A stretch of DNA of 64,000 nucleotides from a virus, in the IMG/VR virus record IMGVR_UViG_3300031787_000005; one strand, 5' to 3'. The notes beneath the pieces were generated by a model, which was given only the letters and a program-made list of their open reading frames with translations, was not told the origin of the DNA and did no database searches. The position numbers and the translations under genes were made by a program. Positions 46,602 through 55,263 of the stretch are shown in pieces; the stretch's first letter is position 1; every line of letters begins with the position of its first letter.

Positions 46602-46854
46602 CGTTCCGAGTCGGCTTACTTCCGTCCTATTAAGTTTTAGCACCTTGTAATCACATCCTTTCGGAGTTCTAATAGCAATTGGTCTTCTTTTCTCTGGTGA
46701 ACAACATCGTCGTTTTTAACGATGTCCATTAGTTCCCACGCTGCGTTACAACTTATTGTGACTGGAAATTCAGTCTTATTAGGTTGTGGTGAGGCAACAG
46801 AAAGAAGTGGAACCCATGCTAAAAGCAAAAGTGCTTTAGTCATAGGATGAACGT
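46602..46854 (-). ncRNA. glnA-type aptamer 1, split by a nested ORF
   Basis: 5' half ACGTTCATCCTATG (46841..46854); 3' half ATAGGACGGAAGTAAGCCGACTCGGAACG (46602..46630); P2 TCCTAT/ATAGGA. Confidence 0.7.
46637..46843 (-). CDS. 68-aa two-Cys mini-protein with signal-peptide-like N-terminus, nested in aptamer 1
   Basis: MTKALLLLAWVPLLSVASPQ...ISCNAAWEL...ITRC. Confidence 0.75.
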   Translation of the reverse strand: MTKALLLLAWVPLLSVASPQPNKTEFPVTISCNAAWELMDIVKNDDVVHQRKEDQLLLELRKDVITRC

Positions 46855-46909
46855 TAGAGGAATATTATACCTCTATTCATCTTATATAGGTGAGAAATAT
46901 CTTGAAATA

Positions 46910-46923
46910 GTAACAATAGATAC
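46910..46923. promoter_or_regulatory. NtcA-binding box
   Basis: GTAACAATAGATAC = GTA-N8-TAC palindromic consensus. Confidence 0.6.
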
Positions 46924-46937
46924 AAAAATGTATCTAT

Positions 46938-46967
46938 ATTATACTAAAAAGCGTGAAGATTTGTGAA
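46938..46967 (-). promoter_or_regulatory. sigma70-type promoter of the riboswitch cassette
   Basis: TTCACA-N18-TATAAT; a second TATAAT at 46864..46869 sits in an AGAGG/CCTCT hairpin. Confidence 0.55.
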
Positions 46968-46978
46968 AACCCTCACGC
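46946..46978 (-). terminator. Rho-independent terminator
   Basis: GCGTGAGG...TCTTCACGC-TTTTT after ORF ending at 47019. Confidence 0.65.
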
Positions 46979-47018
46979 AAGAAAATTTTGCCGGAAAAAT
47001 TTTGCCTTATATGAGGAA

Positions 47019-47330
47019 TTACTTTCGCTTTTTGGTTTTGGGTGATTGATAACCCCAGAGTTTAGGATTGACTCTACCATACCCAAAGTCAATGTCTTTT
47101 AAGTTTTCACGAAACTTATCCCAATACATATCAAACAAACGAGTTCTTGTTCCCCTGGTCAGATCAAAACAAATTTTTTCATCAACAATATACTTGATAA
47201 TATAAGCATCATTTGGTGCTTCTTTGGTACAAACATCAGCATATGAACCATTTTCAACAAGAATGTCACACCCATAGCGAGACTTACAAGTTTCTTTTTC
47301 TGCTGGTGTCCAATAGTCCATATGCTTTTC
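47019..47330 (-). CDS. Conserved cyanophage hypothetical protein
   Basis: Track 47019..47387; likely start MDYWTPAEK at 47330. Confidence 0.7.
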   Translation of the reverse strand, partial: EKHMDYWTPAEKETCKSRYGCDILVENGSYADVCTKEAPNDAYIIKYIVDEKICFDLTRGTRTRLFDMYWDKFRENLKDIDFGYGRVNPKLWGYQSPKTKKRK

Positions 47331-47368
47331 CGTACTTTGCGTTTGTTCAATCACATCACTAAGTTGAC

Positions 47369-47992
47369 TCACGAACGCCCTCCCCAAGTAATATCAGGAT
47401 ATGCCTCAGAGACAATTTCCTTCGTAATCTTATACTTTTCGGATAGATTTTTATCCTTTACAAGGCAAATGATTTCTGCTTCAAGAGGATGAAGCCCTTC
47501 AAGAATATTAATAAACATTGTTTCACGACGAATGCTATTCAAAGCATCGTTACCACCTTTAATAAAGTGATAGAAGTTTACATACTCTCTACGAATCGTC
47601 GTGTGTCCTTGACGATCTGTTGCTCCAAGAGAGAATGATCCAGTCTCGTGCATCCTACGGATGTCCTCGGTAATCTTAGTGCTTAAAGAACCACTATAAG
47701 AAGTCTGTTCAGCATATCCAGAATAAGGAACAGGACCAGTTGGAAGAACAGAAATGATGGATTCATCAAAGTTCCAAATTAAAGTTGCCTTAAGCGAAGG
47801 ATGCTCATATTTTTTAAGAACTTCCACTTTCTTAGCATTGGACTTTTGCTTAGATACTAAATCAAATACTTCAAAAGCAAAAGGACTTGTTGGAAGTTCT
47901 ACGATAGCAGTTTCTTTTACTACCTTTGGTTTAGTCGTCGTTGTCTTCTTCTGTGTCGTCGTAGTCATGATAGTTCTCAAAATTAAATGCAA
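47369..47992 (-). CDS. Conserved T4-like hypothetical protein
   Basis: FDESIISVLPTGPVPY; RRE.MFINILEGLHP.EAEII..VKDK. Confidence 0.8.
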   Translation of the reverse strand: MHLILRTIMTTTTQKKTTTTKPKVVKETAIVELPTSPFAFEVFDLVSKQKSNAKKVEVLKKYEHPSLKATLIWNFDESIISVLPTGPVPYSGYAEQTSYSGSLSTKITEDIRRMHETGSFSLGATDRQGHTTIRREYVNFYHFIKGGNDALNSIRRETMFINILEGLHPLEAEIICLVKDKNLSEKYKITKEIVSEAYPDITWGGRS

Positions 47993-48161
47993 TCACCTCA
48001 TCTGGAATCAGGTTGCCCTGGTTATCGAACATTTCGGGGTGAGGTCTTGGTATTTCCCGATAGTTCATCATATATTCTCTTGCTACCCAACCTGCCATTA
48101 TCCCCACTATAAGAAACAAAAAGGTTAGAAAGGAACCGAAAACTAAACTAACTGCTAACAT
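47931..48161 (-). CDS. Small membrane protein
   Basis: N-terminal TM helix, HPEMFD..GNL. Confidence 0.7.
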   Translation of the reverse strand: MLAVSLVFGSFLTFLFLIVGIMAGWVAREYMMNYREIPRPHPEMFDNQGNLIPDEVIAFNFENYHDYDDTEEDNDD

Positions 48162-48399
48162 TTCTTTTACCTCGGGAAACTACTTTTTTCTTCCTTGACT
48201 TAAAGGAAAATTCAAAATAGATAGTGACTTCCCGATTTAGAAAGCAAACTATCTTCTCAAAGATAATGTGGAATGGTTGAGTTTGCTTTCTTTTCCCTCC
48301 ATTAAGTATGAGTTCAATACCACGATTAAAGTGGTCTTCAGTTTTATTTAGGTCACGATTTGATGACTTGTTGTTCTTTGAGGAATTTGATTGTGTCAA
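48148..48399 (-). CDS. Hypothetical protein
   Basis: ORF track 83 aa. Confidence 0.6.
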   Translation of the reverse strand: MTQSNSSKNNKSSNRDLNKTEDHFNRGIELILNGGKRKQTQPFHIIFEKIVCFLNREVTIYFEFSFKSRKKKVVSRGKRNVSS

Positions 48400-48595
48400 C
48401 GGATCCTCCTATTTTTTTATCGTCACAAATAACTTGAGGAAAAGTAGATCCCTCGCCAAACTCGGCATAGAATTCCTCTCTAGTAAAGTCTTGTCCTAAA
48501 GTATACACTACAAACTTCTGTTCTGTCAACTCTAATACTTGTTTGACTTTACTGCAATACGGGCAATTTTCTTTTGAATAGACTGTAAAGTTCAT
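48353..48595 (-). CDS. nrdC: Glutaredoxin
   Basis: CPYC active site, TFPQV, IGGS. Confidence 0.9.
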   Translation of the reverse strand: MNFTVYSKENCPYCSKVKQVLELTEQKFVVYTLGQDFTREEFYAEFGEGSTFPQVICDDKKIGGSVDTIKFLKEQQVIKS

Positions 48596-48628
48596 AATTC
48601 TTTAATAACTTATACTAATTTATAAGAG

Positions 48629-48727
48629 AAAAAAGGAGGGTATAAACCCCCCCTTGTTAACCACCAACTCACCTCTCCCACCACAGAGAGGGTCTTCATT
48701 CCCAAAGATACAAGGATGTTGAAGACC
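48629..48727 (-). ncRNA. Putative ~99-nt stand-alone small RNA
   Basis: Consensus promoter upstream, stems GGTCTTCA/TGAAGACC and CTCTCT/GGAGAG, terminator GGGGGGG-TTTATA-CCCTCC-TTTTTT. Confidence 0.65.
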
Positions 48728-48732
48728 TTGAT

Positions 48733-48761
48733 ATTATAAGAGAAAAAGACAAAAATGTCAA
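48733..48761 (-). promoter_or_regulatory. Consensus sigma70 promoter
   Basis: TTGACA-N17-TATAAT directly after stop of the 1154-aa gene. Confidence 0.85.
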
Positions 48762-48762
48762 A

Positions 48763-51700
48763 TCAACCCTGAGATTCGGTCCAGGTTACTCGTCCAGAAA
48801 TAGCTCTTGTTTGCCCCGAAATATTTGTGGCAAAAACAGTTAATGTATCTGGTCCATCAGGATAAATGCCAGGTCCACCGAGAATACTATTACCAAGTTC
48901 ACGAATTGTCGTGATTGGATAAGTAGTATTTGCAAATCTACCTTGTCCATCTTCTGCGAAAAATGCAGTAATAACATCTCCCCCACTAAATGCACCACCA
49001 GTGAAACTATGGTCAATATATTGTGCAATAGATCCGTTAGGAGCTCTTCTCCAGTTAGCAGTGTTATTTAATACATTCGATTCAGCATTAATTCTGACCT
49101 CGATAGCAAAATTACCATTAGCAGAAAGACCAATACTATCAAGAGATAGAGAAGATCTATTAATTAAGTTTCGAACTCCATAAAATCCAGGAATACCAAA
49201 GTCAACACTAGGCGCCAATCTAAGAGTTATAAGAGCAACTCTTACATTATTACCAACAAATTGATATCCACCAACACCTTGTGCTGTTTGTGCCGTAAAG
49301 AGGTATGCTTTATCAACATCAAATCTACCATCCATAATCACAGAAACACCCCAATGACTTAAAGAAGGAGAGCAATTCTGATTAATTGATAACCAAGTAT
49401 CATTTATTCCAGCAGTTGTTGGTCCACCAAGAAGACCACCAATATTTCTAGTTATTAAGTTTAATGTTCTAACACTTCCTGCTAATCCTCCCTTCGTATA
49501 ATTAATGTATTCATTATTAATTGCGATTGTGCCTGAAGGTGGTAAGAAAATAGCTTCGGATTCATTTACATTAATAGTCGATGATCCACTTGTCATTGAA
49601 GTCAATAATTTACCAGACTTAGATTTAGATGAAATTTCAAATCTACCTGGTAGGTTACCAGTTCTCATATATGCTTCGGTATTAATATTATTTTGTTTTA
49701 CTTCATGAACATAATGAATATATCCATCTGTTGTTCTAATTCCCCAACGAACTTTACCAGCACCATACCAAGAATAATCAATAAAGACCATTTGCATTCT
49801 ATTTGGATCTAGAGTGTATTTACTTTCTCCAGTTCCATCTAGTTTGTCTATATTGAATTGATCTTGTCTGTAACGTTCATCGGTTGTTTTAACAATTTTA
49901 ACATCAGTTACTGACGTTGATCTATAATCAGGAGAAACAGTTAAATCAGTATCACTGCTTATTTTTGTAACAAGATAATTTCCACCTTTGATAATGATAT
50001 TATCTTCTTCTTTAAGTTGAGTTAAAAATTTAGTATTTGTTCCTATTACCGAAGAAGAATTTTGTGCAATTGCAATTCTTCCTGCCAATTGATTTGTACT
50101 GGATCTTTTTACAGCATGTAGATATTTTCCATCATGCTCAAAAAATATTCCATTTTGGTCATCGAACAAACCAGATCTTACTGTAGCATCATTCCATTCA
50201 ATAACTTCAACTCTTGGGGTTCCTCCAGGATTAGTATCAGTTGGCAGTCCACCATTACCAGCACTTACATTTACGTTAATTGTAAATGTAGTTCTATTCA
50301 CAATGGTGGCAACTCTGTACTCCCCATTATAAGGGTTATTTCCACTCGTAACAGTAAATCCAGTTAATTTGACTTTGGCGCCCTGTAAGTAAGTACTGGA
50401 ACTAGTGAATCCATGTTCTTGATCTGTTGTAATAGTCAAAGAATAAACTTCGTTTGTTCCAACTTGATAAACGTTTGTTAAAACACTCCAGGTAGATGCA
50501 TCATAAACTGGTCTAAAAAGAATACCAGTAGAGAACATAATGCCTTTACCAGACTGATATCTAAAATATTTACGTGTTTGTCTGATAATTTGGCAATTTG
50601 GACTATTTGAAGATGGGTTAATTTGAACTCCACCATCCAAATATCTATGAGATGCAATTCCCTCATTTCTGACATAGACATTAGTAGATCCACTACTTAA
50701 TGTTGTGGTACTAGCATAATTCGTTAATTCTCCAGTTACATATTCAACTGCAGTATCACTTACCACTCTACTTACGTCACGAGCACCAATCCATGTTGCA
50801 GAGCTTGAAGCGGTTGAATCTACAATATAAAGTTTTGATCCTATATGTAATGAATGATTAGAGAGAAAGTTTATTCTTGCTCTTGTTGTTCCAGAAACAG
50901 ATTGGATATTATTTAGTGGTAATGAAGAATTAGTAAAAAATCCTCCAGTATAGAGTGCAGTATAATCTGTTTTTTGATCTCCAACATACGCTGTTGGAGA
51001 TCTATGTACAAATCTAAATGAAGTTGTAGAAACTACTTGTGTAATCAAAAATGCTCCATCAAGATATAAAGTATCTTTGGTTTCTTTTAAAATGATAGGA
51101 TTACCAATTGCAAAAGGAACTGCTGGTGCGGTAGAAACTGTAACTTGTAAGGCATTAGATGATCCAGTTTGTCCCCAAGCAACTCTAAATGCTTGTCCTG
51201 TAGTGTATGGTGCAGCTCCATTAATATTAGGAGTCCATGTTGCTAAGTATGAAGTAGAAGGTCCACTGCCATCTTGTAATCCGGTAACTCCATTTTGTTG
51301 TTGGTTAGCAACATAATGAAGTTCAATATTATTTTGCCCTTCGGGGAATCTTAATTCAACTACGATAGAATTGAGTGGTCCACTGAAACTAGATCCTTCC
51401 CATCTAACAATCCAAGTTCTATTTGGAGCAGTACCAATTGTGATATCACCTAACCATTGAATTCTCTGATCAGCTGCGTTCCATTTTAAACCAGGTAAAC
51501 CTGCTGGTTGATCCTCCCCAGCTAAGTTAGAGTATTGACCAGATCCTCCACCAAAAGTAACATATCCATTACTACCAAAGAATGCTCCAGTATAAACAGT
51601 ACCTAAAAAGTTAATATTAAAAGGTGAATTTATAAAAAAGTTAGTATCATCAAAGTTACCAGAAAAGTACTGGGTCATTCCAGCTCTACCATTCTCTAAG

Positions 51701-52227
51701 AAAGTGGTATTAGTTGCAGAACCAGTATACCCACCAGAAGCAGCGGGTAAAATACTTAAAATATCTGAAGCTGTGAATGCTGGTTCGTTTGCTCTTTGGA
51801 AAATACTTGAAATATTATTTTGAAGTTGCACAGATTCCCATTTTGTTGCCTGTAAAGAATACTCAAAGTCAGTATCCATCAATGCTTGAGGGGTTGACAC
51901 CCTCATTTTTTCTACAGGATCTTGATAGGTAAGGTTTGGCGAAATTTGAGTTTCTTTATAATACTCATCAACATAGATCTGCAATTGATGAGAGGCAGAC
52001 ATTGAACTTGTATTAGTTTGAAGTGTCAATGTCGTTATATTTGTGGCATCACTATAAGTCGCGGTTCCACCCAATCCAGAAGACGCAAAATTATAAATGA
52101 TTGTATTGGTTGAAGTATTTGTGATTAACAAAAATCTAGCCAATTCATAGTAACCAGGTATTGCAATCGTTCCTACGTTAGCATTGCCTGGTGTAAATGT
52201 ATATTGATGAACAAGTTTTTTTGCCAT
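48763..52227 (-). CDS. Large virion structural/fibre-associated protein (1154 aa)
   Basis: Gly/Thr/Asn-rich beta protein; KMRVSTPQALMDTDFEY, RQTRKYFRYQSGK; late promoter ATAAATA at about 52251..52257. Confidence 0.75.
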   Translation of the reverse strand: MAKKLVHQYTFTPGNANVGTIAIPGYYELARFLLITNTSTNTIIYNFASSGLGGTATYSDATNITTLTLQTNTSSMSASHQLQIYVDEYYKETQISPNLTYQDPVEKMRVSTPQALMDTDFEYSLQATKWESVQLQNNISSIFQRANEPAFTASDILSILPAASGGYTGSATNTTFLENGRAGMTQYFSGNFDDTNFFINSPFNINFLGTVYTGAFFGSNGYVTFGGGSGQYSNLAGEDQPAGLPGLKWNAADQRIQWLGDITIGTAPNRTWIVRWEGSSFSGPLNSIVVELRFPEGQNNIELHYVANQQQNGVTGLQDGSGPSTSYLATWTPNINGAAPYTTGQAFRVAWGQTGSSNALQVTVSTAPAVPFAIGNPIILKETKDTLYLDGAFLITQVVSTTSFRFVHRSPTAYVGDQKTDYTALYTGGFFTNSSLPLNNIQSVSGTTRARINFLSNHSLHIGSKLYIVDSTASSSATWIGARDVSRVVSDTAVEYVTGELTNYASTTTLSSGSTNVYVRNEGIASHRYLDGGVQINPSSNSPNCQIIRQTRKYFRYQSGKGIMFSTGILFRPVYDASTWSVLTNVYQVGTNEVYSLTITTDQEHGFTSSSTYLQGAKVKLTGFTVTSGNNPYNGEYRVATIVNRTTFTINVNVSAGNGGLPTDTNPGGTPRVEVIEWNDATVRSGLFDDQNGIFFEHDGKYLHAVKRSSTNQLAGRIAIAQNSSSVIGTNTKFLTQLKEEDNIIIKGGNYLVTKISSDTDLTVSPDYRSTSVTDVKIVKTTDERYRQDQFNIDKLDGTGESKYTLDPNRMQMVFIDYSWYGAGKVRWGIRTTDGYIHYVHEVKQNNINTEAYMRTGNLPGRFEISSKSKSGKLLTSMTSGSSTINVNESEAIFLPPSGTIAINNEYINYTKGGLAGSVRTLNLITRNIGGLLGGPTTAGINDTWLSINQNCSPSLSHWGVSVIMDGRFDVDKAYLFTAQTAQGVGGYQFVGNNVRVALITLRLAPSVDFGIPGFYGVRNLINRSSLSLDSIGLSANGNFAIEVRINAESNVLNNTANWRRAPNGSIAQYIDHSFTGGAFSGGDVITAFFAEDGQGRFANTTYPITTIRELGNSILGGPGIYPDGPDTLTVFATNISGQTRAISGRVTWTESQG

Positions 52228-52260
52228 TCTTCAGTACCTATCGTGTTACTATTTATTAAA

Positions 52261-55248
52261 TTACCCTAAGGCAATTGCAAAGGCAATTGCCTGTGCCTGA
52301 CTTGCTGCTGCACTATTTACTGTAGCAACGCCACCAGCAAGAGTGACATCTAAATTGGTTCCAAAGTTAACTGTTGTTGCTGTTCCCACAATATTTCCAT
52401 CATCTCTAATCCCAATTCCAGATCCTGTAGCAACAATTCCAGTTAGTCCAGAACCATCACCAACAAATTGAGTTGCTGTTACAATGCCAACAATTCTAGC
52501 ATTACCAAAAACAGTTAATGGTGAAGTTGGATTTGATGTGTTTATTCCAATATTATCAATGTATGCAGTATTCCAGTGGGCAGATGGAGTTCCAAGATTA
52601 AGACTGCCATCAGCAGGAGAAAAATTTGATCCAGTAAATCTAATTTGCGTATAAGAAGATAAACCTTCTCTAAGATAAAAATTAATCTCACCATTTCCAG
52701 TGATTCCAGGAACTCCACCAATAAATTGTATTGCAGTATCACCATAAGTTCCACCATATCCTTCTACTTGAATTTGAGATGAACTATTTAAAAGCAGACT
52801 ACCTGTTAACCTTTCATCACCAGTAACATAGAGTTTTGTAGCAAACCCAGCTCCAGAAGGATTTGTTGTACCAATACCAACATTAGAAAGAGTATGAATA
52901 CCAGCGTTTGTTGTAACCCATTGGGAAGAACCACCACCAGAACCACCAGAAAATAGAGTTCCGTTTTGATATAAATTTCCTGTGAAATTTATATCTCCGC
53001 TAACATCTAGTTTTTTTGACGGATTTGTGGTTCCTATACCGATATTACCAGTGGGTCCAGAATGTACATAAGTATTTCTGGTTTCATCAAAGACATAAAC
53101 AACACCAGAACTATCACCAGAACCTGCTTGTTCATCACCAAAAGCACCAACAACAATCGTCTTACCATCGGCACTTGTTGCTACTGAATATCCAAAGACA
53201 TCACCAGAATCAACCGCAAGAGAACCAGTAAGAATTCCTACTTGATTAAATGAGTTTCCTTGTCTTTTAAAAATATAAACAACACCAGAACCAGCACCAG
53301 AACCTGCCTGTTCATCACCAATAGCACCAACAATAATCGTCTTACCATCGGCACTTGTTGCTACTGATCTTCCAAAGTTATCATCAGAATTAACCGCAAG
53401 AGAACCAGTAAGAATTCCTACCTGATTGAATGAACCACCTACACGGTCATAGACATAAACAACACCAGAACTATCACCAGAACCTGTTTGCTCATCATTA
53501 ACAGCACCAACAATAATCGTCTTACCATCGGCACTTGTTGCTACTGACCATCCAAAGAAATCAGCAGAATCAATCGCAAGAGAACCAGTAACAATTCCTA
53601 CCTGATTGAATGAACCACCTACACGGTCAAAGACATAAACAACACCAGAACCAGCACCAGAACCTGCTTGTTCATCAAGAAAAGCACCAACAACAATCGT
53701 CTTACCATCGGCACTTGTTGCTACTGACCATCCAAAGGCATCAGAAGCATTAACCGCAAGAGAACCAGTAAGAATTCCTACTTGATTAAATGAGTTTCCT
53801 ACACGGTCAAAGACATAAACAACACCAGAATCAGCACCAGAACCTGTTTGTTCATCTTGATAAGCACCAACAACAATCGTCTTACCATCGGCACTTGTTG
53901 CTACTGATTGTCCAAATCTATCATTAGCATTAACCGCAAGAGAACCAGTAAGAATTCCTACTTGATTAAATGAGTTTCCTACACGGTCATAGACATAAAC
54001 AACACCAGAACTAGCACCAGAACCTGTTTGCTGATCATTAACAGCACCAACAATAATCGTCTTACCATCGGCACTTGTTGCTACTGAATTTCCAAAGTTA
54101 TCATTAGCATCAACCGCAAGAGAACCAGTAAGAATTCCTACCTGATTGAATGAACTACCTATACGGTCATAGACATAAACAACACCAGAACCAGCACCAG
54201 AACCTGTTTGCTCATCAAAACTAGCACCAACAACAATCGTCTTACCATCGGCACTTGTTGCTACTGAATTTCCAAAGTTATCACCAGAATCAACCGCAAG
54301 AGAACCAGTAAGAATTCCTGCTCGATTATAAGTAGAAATACCAGCAATACTTAAAGCAGAATTAGAAGTTTCACTATGAGAAGCATAGGATACTAAATGA
54401 GTTCCTGATAGGTTTCTTAAGTTACTTCCACCACCTATGAATTCTGTAGCAGTCACTACACCAACACTCATTCCAAGTGAAGAAGTATTTCCAAGACCTA
54501 ATGTAGTATCAAGAGTTTGAGATCCACCACCACCACCAGTAATATTAATAGTCGCAGTTCCAGAGGCAACACTTGCTGTAACTCCAGGACCAGTGAAATT
54601 TAATGTTGTTGCAGATCCTTGTGGAGTTCCTTCATCTTGGATTGTCAGTGATCCTCCACCTCCACCTCCAGAAGCACCCTTTGCTCCAATATAACGATAC
54701 GCTACTAAGTATAAATCATTTGCACCTAACGTAGATGGAACATTAGTATCCGCAAAGTTTAAAACTCCAGAAGCATAATCAAAATACCAAGAATCATTAT
54801 TACCAGATCCACCACTGTTTAATGCATTAGATGGATTAACAGATCCACTAACTAATGGTCCAACATAAATTTTAGCAAGATAAGTTGATCCAAAGTTACC
54901 TGGATCAATCCAATCGCCAACTCTAGTAGATTCATTATTGTATGTTGTTGTTGCAAACCAAGTTCTATTGCCAGTGATTGTAGAGTCTTTTGTCATCCTC
55001 AAAGGAGTTGATGCACCATATACCTGAACATAAGCAGTTGAAGCTGCGGGTGCCGTTGGTGGTATATTCGCAGATTCTGCCCAAATAGAACTATTTGGGA
55101 CAACTAAAGCTGAACCAATCGCCTCCTCATTAGGATCTTTTCCAACACCACTAATTGATCCGGTTCCCTTTACAGATCCTGTTTTTGTAACAGCATAAGA
55201 AAGTTTTTTAAATATAATATCAATTTTCTGCTGATCGGTAAGTGCCAT
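52261..55248 (-). CDS. Fibre/adhesin with seven FG-GAP (integrin-like) repeats
   Basis: 7 x 60-aa repeats D.FG.SVATSADGKTI.VGA..D...SGVVYV. Confidence 0.85.
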   Translation of the reverse strand: MALTDQQKIDIIFKKLSYAVTKTGSVKGTGSISGVGKDPNEEAIGSALVVPNSSIWAESANIPPTAPAASTAYVQVYGASTPLRMTKDSTITGNRTWFATTTYNNESTRVGDWIDPGNFGSTYLAKIYVGPLVSGSVNPSNALNSGGSGNNDSWYFDYASGVLNFADTNVPSTLGANDLYLVAYRYIGAKGASGGGGGGSLTIQDEGTPQGSATTLNFTGPGVTASVASGTATINITGGGGGSQTLDTTLGLGNTSSLGMSVGVVTATEFIGGGSNLRNLSGTHLVSYASHSETSNSALSIAGISTYNRAGILTGSLAVDSGDNFGNSVATSADGKTIVVGASFDEQTGSGAGSGVVYVYDRIGSSFNQVGILTGSLAVDANDNFGNSVATSADGKTIIVGAVNDQQTGSGASSGVVYVYDRVGNSFNQVGILTGSLAVNANDRFGQSVATSADGKTIVVGAYQDEQTGSGADSGVVYVFDRVGNSFNQVGILTGSLAVNASDAFGWSVATSADGKTIVVGAFLDEQAGSGAGSGVVYVFDRVGGSFNQVGIVTGSLAIDSADFFGWSVATSADGKTIIVGAVNDEQTGSGDSSGVVYVYDRVGGSFNQVGILTGSLAVNSDDNFGRSVATSADGKTIIVGAIGDEQAGSGAGSGVVYIFKRQGNSFNQVGILTGSLAVDSGDVFGYSVATSADGKTIVVGAFGDEQAGSGDSSGVVYVFDETRNTYVHSGPTGNIGIGTTNPSKKLDVSGDINFTGNLYQNGTLFSGGSGGGSSQWVTTNAGIHTLSNVGIGTTNPSGAGFATKLYVTGDERLTGSLLLNSSSQIQVEGYGGTYGDTAIQFIGGVPGITGNGEINFYLREGLSSYTQIRFTGSNFSPADGSLNLGTPSAHWNTAYIDNIGINTSNPTSPLTVFGNARIVGIVTATQFVGDGSGLTGIVATGSGIGIRDDGNIVGTATTVNFGTNLDVTLAGGVATVNSAAASQAQAIAFAIALG
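53161..54420. repeat. Seven 180-bp tandem coding repeats
   Basis: cttaccatcggcacttgttgctactga recurs at 53161, 53341, 53521, 53701, 53881, 54061, 54241. Confidence 0.95.
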
Positions 55249-55263
55249 AGTTGATTTCCTCCT

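Noticed and set aside
46589-46643. N-terminal extension of the nested ORF2 (track start 46643, GTG)
   Set aside because: It runs through the aptamer 1 3' half and overlaps ORF1's stop; ATG 46589 parallels ORF1's position in P2. Translational read-through or re-initiation cannot be fully excluded.
48610-48699. 29-aa ORF MKTLSVVGEVSWWLTRGGLYPPFFSYKLV inside the sRNA
   Set aside because: Its ATG is buried in the main stem, there is no spaced RBS, and it runs through the terminator
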